Shown: positions 7,947 through 17,560, counted from the first letter of the stretch. The stretch is DNA of 41,204 bases from a virus (IMGVR_UViG_3300020045_003209:1-41204), one strand, 5' to 3'. Numbers and translations are program-made. The notes: a model not told the origin generated them from the sequence alone.

Positions 7947-7963
7947 TTATTAGGTATTATAAT
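7935..7963 (+). promoter_or_regulatory. Sigma70 promoter of the packaging operon, leaderless start
   Basis: TTGCGT-17-TATAAT; ATG at 7970 at the expected +1. Confidence 0.75.
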
Positions 7964-7969
7964 ATATTC

Positions 7970-8077
7970 ATGAATAAGGAGACTCGTATAGCGAAAAAGG
8001 TTATAAAAAGACGAAAAAAATCGGTCGGTAAATTAAAACATTATAAAGAAGATTTAAAACATAAATTAAAAAAGTAA
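7970..8077 (+). CDS. Small basic protein (35 aa), leaderless
   Basis: MNKETRIAKKVIKRRKKSVGKLKHYKEDLKHKLKK; stop 1 nt before next ATG. Confidence 0.6.
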   Translation: MNKETRIAKKVIKRRKKSVGKLKHYKEDLKHKLKK

Positions 8078-8078
8078 T

Positions 8079-8468
8079 ATGAACATACAAAAAAAATATC
8101 TTACATTATTTTATAAAACATTAAAAGAGACAAAGCTTAATCTTGTAGACTCAAGAATAAGAGATGAATTTTTTAAAGATTTAACAGGAAAGTTACAAGA
8201 TTTTGAACAAGCTAGACAGACTATATTTAAAGAGTTTTGTGTTAAAGATGAAAATGGAGAGCCAAAGTTTACTGATAAAAATGAATATCAGTTTGAGAAC
8301 GATAAAACAGCAGATTTAACTAAAGAATTAGAAACTCTTTTAGACGAAGAAATAGAATTAACGGTTAAAAATCCTGACAAAATTAAAGAGTTTATAGAAA
8401 AAACTGAATATCAACCACTAGCAGGAGAAGTAGAAAGTATTGATTTTATCATTAATAAAGTAGCATAA
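8079..8468 (+). CDS. Hypothetical phage protein (DUF1617-like resemblance)
   Basis: Helical, FCVKDENGEPK hairpin. Confidence 0.65.
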   Translation: MNIQKKYLTLFYKTLKETKLNLVDSRIRDEFFKDLTGKLQDFEQARQTIFKEFCVKDENGEPKFTDKNEYQFENDKTADLTKELETLLDEEIELTVKNPDKIKEFIEKTEYQPLAGEVESIDFIINKVA

Positions 8469-8469
8469 T

Positions 8470-8679
8470 ATGAAACTTCAAGAACTAACCAAAGAAGAAG
8501 CAGAGGCATTAACTAAAGATTTAACAGAAGTATTAGAAAAGCATAATTGTGAATTGGGAGTAAAATCTAGTATTGAATTATTAAAAAGGGTTGAAGATAA
8601 AGAAAATGGGGTTATAAGCCCTTTTATAGAAAATGGAGAATCTAATAATAAAACCGAAGAAACTCCCAAAGTTGACTAA
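8470..8679 (+). CDS. Hypothetical protein
   Basis: 69-aa ORF. Confidence 0.65.
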   Translation: MKLQELTKEEAEALTKDLTEVLEKHNCELGVKSSIELLKRVEDKENGVISPFIENGESNNKTEETPKVD

Positions 8680-9130
8680 GAAACAGAACGGATTTGTTGA
8701 TGATTATGTATTGACTGGAAACGGAACACAATCAGCTTTAAATAACTACGATATAGAAGGGAAAAACCCAGAAAAGATAGCTTCTGCACTAGCTGTGGAA
8801 AACTTAGGAAAACCAAGTGTAGCTTTAGCAATAGAAATCAAGCAAGAAACTCTAAAATCAGCTCTTATAAAAAAAGGAATTACACCAGAAAAAATAGCAG
8901 ATAAGATAAATGTTTTATTAGATGCTACAACTGGAGAAAACGAAAAACCTGATGTAAATGCTATTGATAAAGGGTTAAAACACACTAAAGATATTTATGG
9001 TATTGAAAATCCAGATGAAAAACCTAAATCACAAACTACTTATAACTTTATCTTCAATAGTGAAACCCAAGAAAAGATAAATGCTATTAATGAAACCATT
9101 AAAGCTAAACTAATTCAAGGAAATGTTTAA
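8633..9130 (+). CDS. terS: Terminase small subunit
   Basis: LTKKQNGFVDDYVLTGNGTQSA..Y..AVENLGKP (Terminase_2-type HTH). Confidence 0.85.
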   Translation: MENLIIKPKKLPKLTKKQNGFVDDYVLTGNGTQSALNNYDIEGKNPEKIASALAVENLGKPSVALAIEIKQETLKSALIKKGITPEKIADKINVLLDATTGENEKPDVNAIDKGLKHTKDIYGIENPDEKPKSQTTYNFIFNSETQEKINAINETIKAKLIQGNV

Positions 9131-9326
9131 ACGAATAAAAAATCTAATAGAATTAAGTAAATCTTCACAAAATGTTATTGAGAATGCAGTTAAAGCAATG
9201 AATGAAAATGCTGAATTACAGGGCGATGGAAAATCTTGCTTCTTTGATGAAGGAACGACTGAGGAATACGAAGAATTACAAAGAGAAGATAAGTTTGGAA
9301 TTAAAAAGTTATTTGGAATAAAATAA
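9123..9326 (+). CDS. Hypothetical protein
   Basis: 67-aa coupled ORF. Confidence 0.6.
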   Translation: MFKRIKNLIELSKSSQNVIENAVKAMNENAELQGDGKSCFFDEGTTEEYEELQREDKFGIKKLFGIK

Positions 9327-9328
9327 TT

Positions 9329-9757
9329 ATGATTGGACCAAAACCACAAATAGAAGAACATTATCATATTAAGGAACTCATAGATAATCAAGAGAAACGA
9401 AGTAATGATAGGACTTTTCATCGTAATAGAATTAAGGAATTAGAGGAGAGGGAAGAATTAATCAAAGATGCTAAGTGGGTCACTGTAACTGATTTCTGGT
9501 GTGATAAATGTAAACAAGATTTTAAAGGTCAAGCGGTCAAGCAAATTGAAGTAGATTGGTCAAATACTTCTCAACATATTGCTTTTTATAAGAATAAATG
9601 TGACAAAGGACATTGGTGTATCAGATTAATAACTGATAGACATAAAGATGCTTTCTTTTTTAAGTCAAAGTTAGTTGCTTTAGACAGAGGAAATCATCAA
9701 AATGACATTTTACAGTCTTTTGAAACAGGATTTAATTTAGTTTATGGTCATAAGTAA
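9329..9757 (+). CDS. Hypothetical zinc-binding protein
   Basis: WCDKC..CDKGH; directly upstream of groES. Confidence 0.7.
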   Translation: MIGPKPQIEEHYHIKELIDNQEKRSNDRTFHRNRIKELEEREELIKDAKWVTVTDFWCDKCKQDFKGQAVKQIEVDWSNTSQHIAFYKNKCDKGHWCIRLITDRHKDAFFFKSKLVALDRGNHQNDILQSFETGFNLVYGHK

Positions 9758-10013
9758 TAAATATATAGTTGTAGAAAAGTTAGAAAAACAAAAAACAGAA
9801 GGATATGAAGTTGTGGAAGTGCAAGATGATTTCGTTTATAAAGGTAAAGTTAAATTATTGCCTGATATTCCTGTTTATATAGGAAATCATCAGCTTGTTA
9901 TCGGTGATGTAGTAATATGGACAAAATACTCCCCTAATACTTTTGAAATAGATGATTGTAAATATGTTCTTATTGATGATTTATTATCATGCGATATACC
10001 AGAACAAATATAA
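9744..10013 (+). CDS. groES: Divergent co-chaperonin GroES
   Basis: YIVVE..KGKV..LVIGDVVIWTKYSPNTFEID..DLL matches Cpn10 pattern; near groEL. Confidence 0.75.
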   Translation: MVISNKYIVVEKLEKQKTEGYEVVEVQDDFVYKGKVKLLPDIPVYIGNHQLVIGDVVIWTKYSPNTFEIDDCKYVLIDDLLSCDIPEQI

Positions 10014-10201
10014 ATTGTAAGTTTGAACAGGTGCAGATTGATTCTATCCCTGAAGGATTTTCGTTTAAAGAACCAGATATAAACATAGGAGGCATAGAAC
10101 ACCAAGGAATGTATATTGTTTATGTCCCATTAACAGATATTATATTAAAAGCATTAACTATTGAAAAACTATTAGAATTATGGAGAAAAATAAAGAAATA
10201 A
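9989..10201 (+). CDS. Hypothetical protein between groES and groEL
   Basis: 70-aa ORF overlapping both neighbours. Confidence 0.55.
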   Translation: MRYTRTNINCKFEQVQIDSIPEGFSFKEPDINIGGIEHQGMYIVYVPLTDIILKALTIEKLLELWRKIKK

Positions 10202-11748
10202 AGTTTGGTAATGAAGCAAGGCAAAGAATTAAAGTAGGTATTGATAAGGCTTGTGATGCTGTACGACCAACATTAGGAGCAGTTGGTATGTCTGCTATGA
10301 TTGAATGGGAAGGGTTAGACCCAATTGAATGTGATGATGGAGTAACAATTCTTAAAAGTCTTAATTTTAAAGACCACTATGAGAATATAGGATTAAGAAT
10401 GTTACGCAAAGGAGCTATTAGGACTTCCATTGAGGGAGGAGATGGTACTGCAACCACAACAGTTTTAACTCAAGCTTTAGTTAATGAAGCATTTAAAGAG
10501 ATTGCTAATGATAGTTCTAAAATACGAGAAGTAAAGGAGCGTTTAACAAAAGGATTAGAAGAAACTTTATTTGAATTATCTAAAATGAAACGAGAGGTCA
10601 AAGAAGAAGATATTGAAAAGATTGCAACAATATCAAGCCTTGATACTGATATAGCAAAGATAATCGCTGAAATAATCAAAGAAGTAGGCATAAATGGAGT
10701 TATTACTGTTGAAAAAGGAGCCAAACTTGGTTATTCAAAAGAAATAGTCAAAGGTGCTAGATTTAATAAGGGATTAATCTCTCCATATTTCATAAACAGT
10801 GATAAGGAAACATGTATATTAGAAAATCCTTATATTGTACTTGTAGATAGAGTAATAAGCACAAATGAGCAAGTTTTAAATATATTAAAGAGTATTGGAA
10901 CTGGTAAAGATATATTATTTATAGCTGATGATGTTAAGAGCGTAGCCTTAGGAACATTAGCTTATAATGCACAGAACAAAATAGCAAATATCGCTTGTGT
11001 ACAAAATCCATATAATGCTTCAAGGGCTAGAGATTTCTTATTTGATATGGCTTCTCTAACTGGTGGAACTGTGATAAGTGAAGAGATGGGAATGAAACTT
11101 GATACTGCCGATAGTTCTTTATGTGGTAGAGCAGAAAAGGTAATAATTACTCGTGATACTACAACAATTATTGGAGGACAAGGAGATACTACTGAACGAG
11201 TAAATATAATCAAAGGAGAAATAGAAAATACTACTAGCGAATACTCAAAATTGATGCTTGAAGAACGATTAGCTCAATTAACTGGTGGAATTGGTGTTGT
11301 CCGTGTTGGGGCTTATACTGATACAGAGTTTAATGCTAAAAAATATAAGTTTGATAATGCTATTAATTCAACACAAAGTGCTTTACAAGAAGGAATAATT
11401 GCAGGAGGCGGAGTTTCATTGTTTGAATTATCAAAAAAGATTAATGAACCAATGTTTCGTAAAATACTATCAAAACCTACCATTCAGATGGCTATAAATG
11501 CTGGTATGTATAAAAATTATTGGTTTAGTAAACTCTTATTCCATAATAAAAATCTATTAAAGAAGATTAATAAAGAAATGGGATATAATTTTAAAACAAA
11601 ACAATTAGTTAATATGTTTGATTCAGGTATTATTGACCCATTTAAAGTAACAAGATTAGCTTTAGAAAGTGCCACAGCAATAACATCAAGTTTAGTAGGA
11701 ATTGAACCCGTAATAACTATTCAAGACGAAGATGTCAAAGGAAAATAA
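10180..11748 (+). CDS. groEL: Phage-encoded chaperonin GroEL (divergent ATPase site)
   Basis: KEIKFGNEAR, DDGVTI, GDGTATTTVL, ERLAQLTGG, EGIIAGGG, GIIDPFKVTRLALESA. Confidence 0.96.
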   Translation: MEKNKEIKFGNEARQRIKVGIDKACDAVRPTLGAVGMSAMIEWEGLDPIECDDGVTILKSLNFKDHYENIGLRMLRKGAIRTSIEGGDGTATTTVLTQALVNEAFKEIANDSSKIREVKERLTKGLEETLFELSKMKREVKEEDIEKIATISSLDTDIAKIIAEIIKEVGINGVITVEKGAKLGYSKEIVKGARFNKGLISPYFINSDKETCILENPYIVLVDRVISTNEQVLNILKSIGTGKDILFIADDVKSVALGTLAYNAQNKIANIACVQNPYNASRARDFLFDMASLTGGTVISEEMGMKLDTADSSLCGRAEKVIITRDTTTIIGGQGDTTERVNIIKGEIENTTSEYSKLMLEERLAQLTGGIGVVRVGAYTDTEFNAKKYKFDNAINSTQSALQEGIIAGGGVSLFELSKKINEPMFRKILSKPTIQMAINAGMYKNYWFSKLLFHNKNLLKKINKEMGYNFKTKQLVNMFDSGIIDPFKVTRLALESATAITSSLVGIEPVITIQDEDVKGK

Positions 11749-14209
11749 ACAATACTTTTCAATCTTAGATTGGATAACATCGGAGAATATCCTTTCAGAA
11801 AAAGGTGAGCCGTTTGATTTTAAAGATAGACCTTGGTTATTAGATATATTATGTGATTTTACCCCTGTGCAAGTCTTGACTGCTTGTGCTCAGGTTGGAA
11901 AATCTGTTACTTACTCAATTAAAGCATTATTCGCTATAAAACATCTACATTTCAACATCATTTACACAATGAGTTCTGATTCAGATGTAACCGAGTTCGT
12001 ATCATCTAAGTTTAATAAGATAGTTCAATCAAATAATCATGAGTTTGAGGGAATGCAGACTGATAACATTGAAAGAAAAGAGTTTAATGACCGATTTATC
12101 TTCTTTAAGGGTACAAATAGTAAAACCGCAGCAATTTCAACAACAGCAGATTTGCTTATACATGATGAGATTTCACGCTCGGACCAGTTAGCTATTGAAA
12201 CATATAAATCTCGTACTAAAGCCAGTGAATATAAAGGGCGTTGGATGTTTTCTAACCCTGGAACTGAAAGAGATGAACTTGACCTACAATTTCAGAAGTC
12301 AGACCAAAAAGAATGGTGTATAACATGTCCAAAATGTAAAGATGAACATTATCTCGTCTTTCCTGATTCAATCAACCTAGAGGGCAAATTCTATCAATGT
12401 AGGGCATGTAAAGAGCCTATATCTGATGATATTAGACGACAAGGTAGATGGGTAGCACAAAATCCTGGAAGTAAAGTATCTGGTTATCATATTTCACACT
12501 TAATGTGTTGTTGGATTAAAGCAGAGGAAATTATTGAAGATAGTGAGGGAGACCCAGCATATTTCAATAACTTCGTTCTTGGTAAGTCATATAGTCCTGG
12601 AGATTTAAGTGTATCTAAAACAACAATCCTAGATTTGTGGACACCAAAAGATTTAACTACTCGTAATGTATATTTAGGTGTTGATGTGGGTAATATAAAA
12701 CATTATGTTGTAAGAAGTGATAAAGGCATTATTAAAATGGGAAGATTTAGCAAAGATTCTGATTTAGATGATATTATCGCACTTTGGAAGCCTACAAGTG
12801 GAGTAATAGACGCAATGCCAAATACTACACTTTCACGATATATTGTTGATAAATATCCATTTATGCAGATGTCTTATTTCATGGAAAACTCTAATAATCC
12901 TCAAATGCTAGTATGGTGGGGAGAAGGAGATAAGAAAGGTATAGTTTATTCCTTCAGAGATAGAATACTTGACCAATTTTTAACAGCGATGATTGAAGCA
13001 AAGTGGCTTATAGGAGTTCCAGCAGATGAAATGTTTAGATTGTATATAAAACATTTTGAGACATTAAGGCGTGAAAAAGTAGTTAATAATAAAGGTATAG
13101 AGCGTTATGTGTGGACATCAACAACAGGTGAAGACCACTTCTGTTTTGATAAAAATACTTTAATTACTACTAGTAAAGGACAGATAAAAATAAAGGATAT
13201 AAAAGTAGGAGATTATGTACTAACAAGAAATGGTTATAAACAGGTATTGCATAATGGCATTACTAAAAAAACCAAAGTAGTAGAAGCAACATTTACTAAT
13301 GGAACGAAAATAATATCTACACCTGACCATTTATTTTTTGTTAAAGATAAAGGATTTAAACCATTGCGTGATTTGCTTTGCAGTGATATACTATTATTAT
13401 GCAACCAATACAAGAAGGAAAAGCAGAAGTCATTTATTATAAAGAAATCAAGTTTAGAAGATACCCAAACGCTAAAAGACGCACTGAAAAAGTTTACTAT
13501 GTCCCAAGCGGAAACATTAAGAAAAAAGGTGTTGGGCGTTTGCACGAAGAAATATGGAAAGACAAAAATGGAGAGATACCAAAAGGATTTGGAATACACC
13601 ATAAAGACCATAACCCACTTAATAACGAAATATCTAATTTGGAATGTGTTGAAAGAGGAAAACATCAATCATATCATCTCAAAAAACATTGGAAAGAAAA
13701 AGAGTTTAGAGCAACCCAATTGGAGAGAATTAGGAAAGAAACTCCAAAAAGAATTGAAAAACTTAAACAGTGGCTTAAAACAGAAACAGGGAAAGACCAT
13801 ATCAACAGATATAAATGTAATCTTATTACAAGAATTGAGTTTACTTGTATCGAATGTAATACTCCCGCTATCTCAACAAGTATTACAGGTGGGAAGTTCT
13901 GCTCTACTAAATGTACTTCAAGGTGGCACGCAAGAGAATGGCGTAAAAAATACCCTGACTATCAAACTCGTTACAATAAAACCACTCAAAGGAGAGCGAA
14001 GCGTATATAATTTATTTGTTGCAGACCAACATGAGTATTTTGCTAATGGTATTTTAGTGCATAACTGTTTTGCTGATTTATATTCATACTTAGCTATGCA
14101 AGGCAGTGGTTCAGGAGTCTTCTTTAATGAAGTTGAAGAAAAACAAAGCGTAATAGATATTGATAATAATTATGATGTATCAAGAGCCTTTAGTGAAAAC
14201 AATGAATAA
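11732..14209 (+). CDS. terL: Terminase large subunit (lambda gpA-like), intein-containing; ~517 aa after splicing
   Basis: Walker A AQVGKS, Walker B LLIHDE, CPKC/CRAC zinc finger, nuclease GVDVG..DAMP..DHF|CFA. Confidence 0.92.
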   Translation: MSKENKQYFSILDWITSENILSEKGEPFDFKDRPWLLDILCDFTPVQVLTACAQVGKSVTYSIKALFAIKHLHFNIIYTMSSDSDVTEFVSSKFNKIVQSNNHEFEGMQTDNIERKEFNDRFIFFKGTNSKTAAISTTADLLIHDEISRSDQLAIETYKSRTKASEYKGRWMFSNPGTERDELDLQFQKSDQKEWCITCPKCKDEHYLVFPDSINLEGKFYQCRACKEPISDDIRRQGRWVAQNPGSKVSGYHISHLMCCWIKAEEIIEDSEGDPAYFNNFVLGKSYSPGDLSVSKTTILDLWTPKDLTTRNVYLGVDVGNIKHYVVRSDKGIIKMGRFSKDSDLDDIIALWKPTSGVIDAMPNTTLSRYIVDKYPFMQMSYFMENSNNPQMLVWWGEGDKKGIVYSFRDRILDQFLTAMIEAKWLIGVPADEMFRLYIKHFETLRREKVVNNKGIERYVWTSTTGEDHFCFDKNTLITTSKGQIKIKDIKVGDYVLTRNGYKQVLHNGITKKTKVVEATFTNGTKIISTPDHLFFVKDKGFKPLRDLLCSDILLLCNQYKKEKQKSFIIKKSSLEDTQTLKDALKKFTMSQAETLRKKVLGVCTKKYGKTKMERYQKDLEYTIKTITHLITKYLIWNVLKEENINHIISKNIGKKKSLEQPNWRELGKKLQKELKNLNSGLKQKQGKTISTDINVILLQELSLLVSNVILPLSQQVLQVGSSALLNVLQGGTQENGVKNTLTIKLVTIKPLKGERSVYNLFVADQHEYFANGILVHNCFADLYSYLAMQGSGSGVFFNEVEEKQSVIDIDNNYDVSRAFSENNE
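13364..13392 (+). promoter_or_regulatory. Promoter embedded in intein coding sequence
   Basis: TTGCGT 13364-13369, 17 bp, TG-n-TATACT 13387-13392; ATG at 13399. Confidence 0.7.
13399..14010 (+). CDS. HNH endonuclease overprinted inside the intein in an alternative frame
   Basis: RLHEEIWKDKNGEIPKGFGIHHKDHNPLNNEISNLEC..H; C-terminal CIEC..FCSTKC. Confidence 0.9.
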   Translation: MQPIQEGKAEVIYYKEIKFRRYPNAKRRTEKVYYVPSGNIKKKGVGRLHEEIWKDKNGEIPKGFGIHHKDHNPLNNEISNLECVERGKHQSYHLKKHWKEKEFRATQLERIRKETPKRIEKLKQWLKTETGKDHINRYKCNLITRIEFTCIECNTPAISTSITGGKFCSTKCTSRWHAREWRKKYPDYQTRYNKTTQRRAKRI

Positions 14210-14420
14210 TGAACTAATTACAATTTATCTTACCGAAACAGATGCACAGAAGTTTTTAAAGTTTCAACAAAATTATGATACTTTCATGCTTTTAGTTGAA
14301 AGAGGGGTATTTAATATACATTCAGGTTCTGCTATATTAGATTTTGATAACGCAGGTAAAATATCAACAATTAGAAGAGCAGATACATTGTATAATATAA
14401 GAACAGATAAAATCGCTTGA
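14202..14420 (+). CDS. Hypothetical protein
   Basis: ATG 14202 overlaps terL stop; 72 aa. Confidence 0.65.
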   Translation: MNNELITIYLTETDAQKFLKFQQNYDTFMLLVERGVFNIHSGSAILDFDNAGKISTIRRADTLYNIRTDKIA

Positions 14421-14445
14421 CAGATATTTTAGGTGGTAGTAAGAT
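14417..14445 (+). promoter_or_regulatory. Late sigma70 promoter upstream of portal
   Basis: TTGACA-17-TAAGAT. Confidence 0.7.
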
Positions 14446-14480
14446 GTATATAGTTTAATCGCTTTACTCTTTTTCACAAG

Positions 14481-14515
14481 ACAAGCATTCCCAAATTTGG
14501 GCGTGCTTGTTTTTT
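14481..14515 (+). terminator. Intrinsic terminator/attenuator in portal leader
   Basis: ACAAGCAT.CCCA-AATT-TGGG.GTGCTTGT followed by T-tract. Confidence 0.65.
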
Positions 14516-14521
14516 ATTTTA

Positions 14522-16525
14522 ATGGCACAAATAGATATATCAAAGTTTGATGATACGCAAAAAATACAATTAGTAGAAAACAGATGGAAGTCTAGTTTTG
14601 AAATTTGGGATATAGTAGATAAAGTATATACACAAAATACTCGTGCTTATTCTAACGATTCAAAGTGGTTAGAGTTATTACCCCAAAAAAGAAAGAATTA
14701 CCGTGTACAGGCAAATAGAATCTTTGTAAACATGGAAGCAGTTATTAATTCTATAATCGCTAATCCACCTGGAATAAATATATTACCTGCTAGAGATGGA
14801 GAAATTGCTCAAGAATTTGCACGAAAGTTAGAAAGTTTCTTTAGAAAACGCTATTTAGACTTAAATATCAAAGAAATTACAAGAAAAGGGTTAAGAAACC
14901 TTTATTTTGGGCGTTTATTAGTAATAAAACCATGTTGGAACGCTAAGATAAATGATTTTGATTACCGTGCGATAGACCCTCGTAAAGTTAGATTTGGTAA
15001 ATATGCCACAAAAGAACAAGATAGTGAGTTTGCTATTGAAGAAATTGAAGATAATTTATGTGCTGTTATTGAAAGATTTCCATCTAAAAAGCAAGAATTG
15101 ATGGATAAGTATGGAATTAAAGACGAAGAACAGTTATATATTAAAAACCCTGATGTTAAATACAAAGAAGCTTGGATTGGTAACTATGTAATTTTTAAAC
15201 TAGAAAATATAATACTTGACACTATAAAAAATCCATATTGGGATTGGGATGGTATTTTAATTACAGATGAAGAAGAACAAAACTTAAATAGTTTAGAAGG
15301 CAATGCTCGTAGACAATCTTTACAGCAAATTAAACTTGAGCAAGACCAACGCAAAGCACAAATGGCACAGCAAGTTCCTACACAAGAAACTCCACAAGAA
15401 AATCAAGGTGAACAGCAACCAGAACAAACTCAACCACAATATAAACCCTATTTCTTCAATTATTTTGACGCTCCAAGAAAACCTTACATTTTTGCTACTA
15501 TTTTCAACAATGAAAACAGTCCAATAGGTAGAACAGATATGATTACACTCTCCGCTGAATTACAGAGAGGAATTGACAAGCGTAAAATGGACATAGATGA
15601 AAACTGTGAACTTGTAAACGGAATTATTAAGATTGACGCTTCTGTTATGGGTAAATCTGATGCACAAAGAATACGATTTGAAACTAAAGGTATTATTTGG
15701 GGTAAAGGTGTAAAAGACGGTGTTACTCGTGAAACAGGCACAGCACTTCCTCAAATGGTATTTGATGATATGATAGACAGCCGAAGTGAGATTGATAATA
15801 TAATGGCTGCATCATCTGCATTTAGAGGAGAAAGAGAAGGGCAAGAAACTAAAGCAGGGCGTCTAGCTCTTATTCAACAATCTTTCTTGCGTTTGAATGA
15901 ACTTATACAAGTTACTGACTATGTCGCTAAAGAAGTGTTTGATTGGGGAATGCAAATGGCTAAAACTCGTTATACAGAATATCATTATGCAAAATGGATG
16001 GGTAAAGAGGGAGCTAGGGAAGTTATCGAACTTATACAAGATGACTTTGAAACAGGTAGTGAAGTTAAGATTATTGCAGGTAAATCTTTACCAGTTGATG
16101 ATGAGTTTAGGTTTGAACAAGCACAAAATGACTTTGAAAAAGGAGCATTGGGACTTGTTGATTATCTTGAAGCAGAAAATTATGATGGAGCTAAAGAAAA
16201 AGCTCAAAATGCTGTTAAATGGCAACTCAATAAACCAATTTCAGTGGGATTAACTGCTGAAGATATGGCAACACTACAACCGCAACAAAAAGAGGAAAAA
16301 CCACCAAATGTTACGATAAATTACAAAGATTTAACTCCTGACGCACAATTACAACTTCTTGAACAAATAAACATTAAAGCTGACCCTAATATCTTAATTG
16401 CAGAAAAAATGGCAGAAAATCAGAAAGCTAAAGATGAAGCAAAATTAAAAGTTGATGCACAGTCGCACAATCAACTTATAGCAGAAAAATCGTTAGAGGT
16501 TAAAAAACCAAATGAAAAAAAATAA
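14522..16525 (+). CDS. Portal protein (P22-like)
   Basis: Position after terL, size, AIDPRKVRF and ETKAGRLALIQQSFLRL motifs; ATG 14522 preferred over TTG 14507. Confidence 0.85.
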   Translation: MAQIDISKFDDTQKIQLVENRWKSSFEIWDIVDKVYTQNTRAYSNDSKWLELLPQKRKNYRVQANRIFVNMEAVINSIIANPPGINILPARDGEIAQEFARKLESFFRKRYLDLNIKEITRKGLRNLYFGRLLVIKPCWNAKINDFDYRAIDPRKVRFGKYATKEQDSEFAIEEIEDNLCAVIERFPSKKQELMDKYGIKDEEQLYIKNPDVKYKEAWIGNYVIFKLENIILDTIKNPYWDWDGILITDEEEQNLNSLEGNARRQSLQQIKLEQDQRKAQMAQQVPTQETPQENQGEQQPEQTQPQYKPYFFNYFDAPRKPYIFATIFNNENSPIGRTDMITLSAELQRGIDKRKMDIDENCELVNGIIKIDASVMGKSDAQRIRFETKGIIWGKGVKDGVTRETGTALPQMVFDDMIDSRSEIDNIMAASSAFRGEREGQETKAGRLALIQQSFLRLNELIQVTDYVAKEVFDWGMQMAKTRYTEYHYAKWMGKEGAREVIELIQDDFETGSEVKIIAGKSLPVDDEFRFEQAQNDFEKGALGLVDYLEAENYDGAKEKAQNAVKWQLNKPISVGLTAEDMATLQPQQKEEKPPNVTINYKDLTPDAQLQLLEQINIKADPNILIAEKMAENQKAKDEAKLKVDAQSHNQLIAEKSLEVKKPNEKK

Positions 16526-16760
16526 TATGATTAAAATGACACCAAAACAATTTTTTAAAGAACATATTCCTCTAGTTAAAACATTAGAATCAGGGTCGAA
16601 ATCAAAACAATTAGAAGAAGCTAAAGACCAAATAAAAGAAATGAAAAAAGAAGAAAAAAAGATGAAAGGAGAAAAGAAAGAAAAATTATCTGACAAGTTA
16701 AACAAACTTATTGGAGGAGAAAAAGAGACTAAGGAAAAAGAAGAGAAAGAAGAGAAATAG
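16512..16760 (+). CDS. Small charged protein
   Basis: K/E-rich ORF between portal and scaffold. Confidence 0.6.
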   Translation: MKKNNMIKMTPKQFFKEHIPLVKTLESGSKSKQLEEAKDQIKEMKKEEKKMKGEKKEKLSDKLNKLIGGEKETKEKEEKEEK

Positions 16761-16870
16761 TTTTATGGGGCGTAAGCATCCTACACTTACACATTATTAG
16801 GCAATTAAAGACCAAGTTATAGGGTCGCAGTCTAACAAGACCAAGCGAAATTATATCAGTCCAAAAAATT

Positions 16871-17560
16871 ATGCCCGAAGAAGAAATATCAGTTGATAAC
16901 AGTGCCGATTCCTTAATGGAAGAAACACCAAGTGAAACAACCGAAACGGTAGTGCCTGACGAACAGACACCTGAGCAACCAGCAGAACCAGAAGTAGAGT
17001 TATTTGAACTCCCTGATGGAAGAAAGGTTGATGCGGAAACTTTGACTAAAGAGTGGAAAGATAATTTTGCTCCAGAGTTTACTCGCCGTTCTCAAGAATT
17101 AGCAGATTTAAAAAAGGGAACGATTACAAACGATAACAAACCTACGGAAAAGCCTTATGCTGACCCAGATTGGCAACCTCAAACTTATGCTGAACTAATA
17201 GAAATAGCAAAGCAAGAAGTTAAAGGAGATTTGATAAAAGAAAAAGAGCAAGAAATTGAGAAGGAGAAAGCTATTGAAACTGAAGTTATAACACAACTTG
17301 CAGAAATCAAAAAAGCTGACCCAACGCTTAATGAAAATGCTTTATTCTTACATGCAAACAAGTATGGATTTAGAGACCTTAAACTTGCTCATCAGAACAT
17401 GAAAGATATGTCTGATGTTATAAAGAAAACGCAGAAAGTTACTGCTGACAATATAACAAAGCGAAATGACCCTGTGAGTGTAACTCCAGGAGCAACAGGA
17501 GCTAGACCAGACCCAAGTCAATTTGGAAACGCAATAGAATATCTCCGTAGTTTACAATAA
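16871..17560 (+). CDS. Capsid scaffolding protein
   Basis: Acidic N-terminus, EFTRRSQELA coiled coil, directly before MCP. Confidence 0.8.
   Translation: MPEEEISVDNSADSLMEETPSETTETVVPDEQTPEQPAEPEVELFELPDGRKVDAETLTKEWKDNFAPEFTRRSQELADLKKGTITNDNKPTEKPYADPDWQPQTYAELIEIAKQEVKGDLIKEKEQEIEKEKAIETEVITQLAEIKKADPTLNENALFLHANKYGFRDLKLAHQNMKDMSDVIKKTQKVTADNITKRNDPVSVTPGATGARPDPSQFGNAIEYLRSLQ

Larger units (their letters stand above)
13142..14065 (+). mobile_element. Class 1 intein, 308 aa
   Basis: Block A CFDKNTLI, block B TPDH, block F VYNLFV, block G FANGILVHN followed by +1 Cys. Confidence 0.93.
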
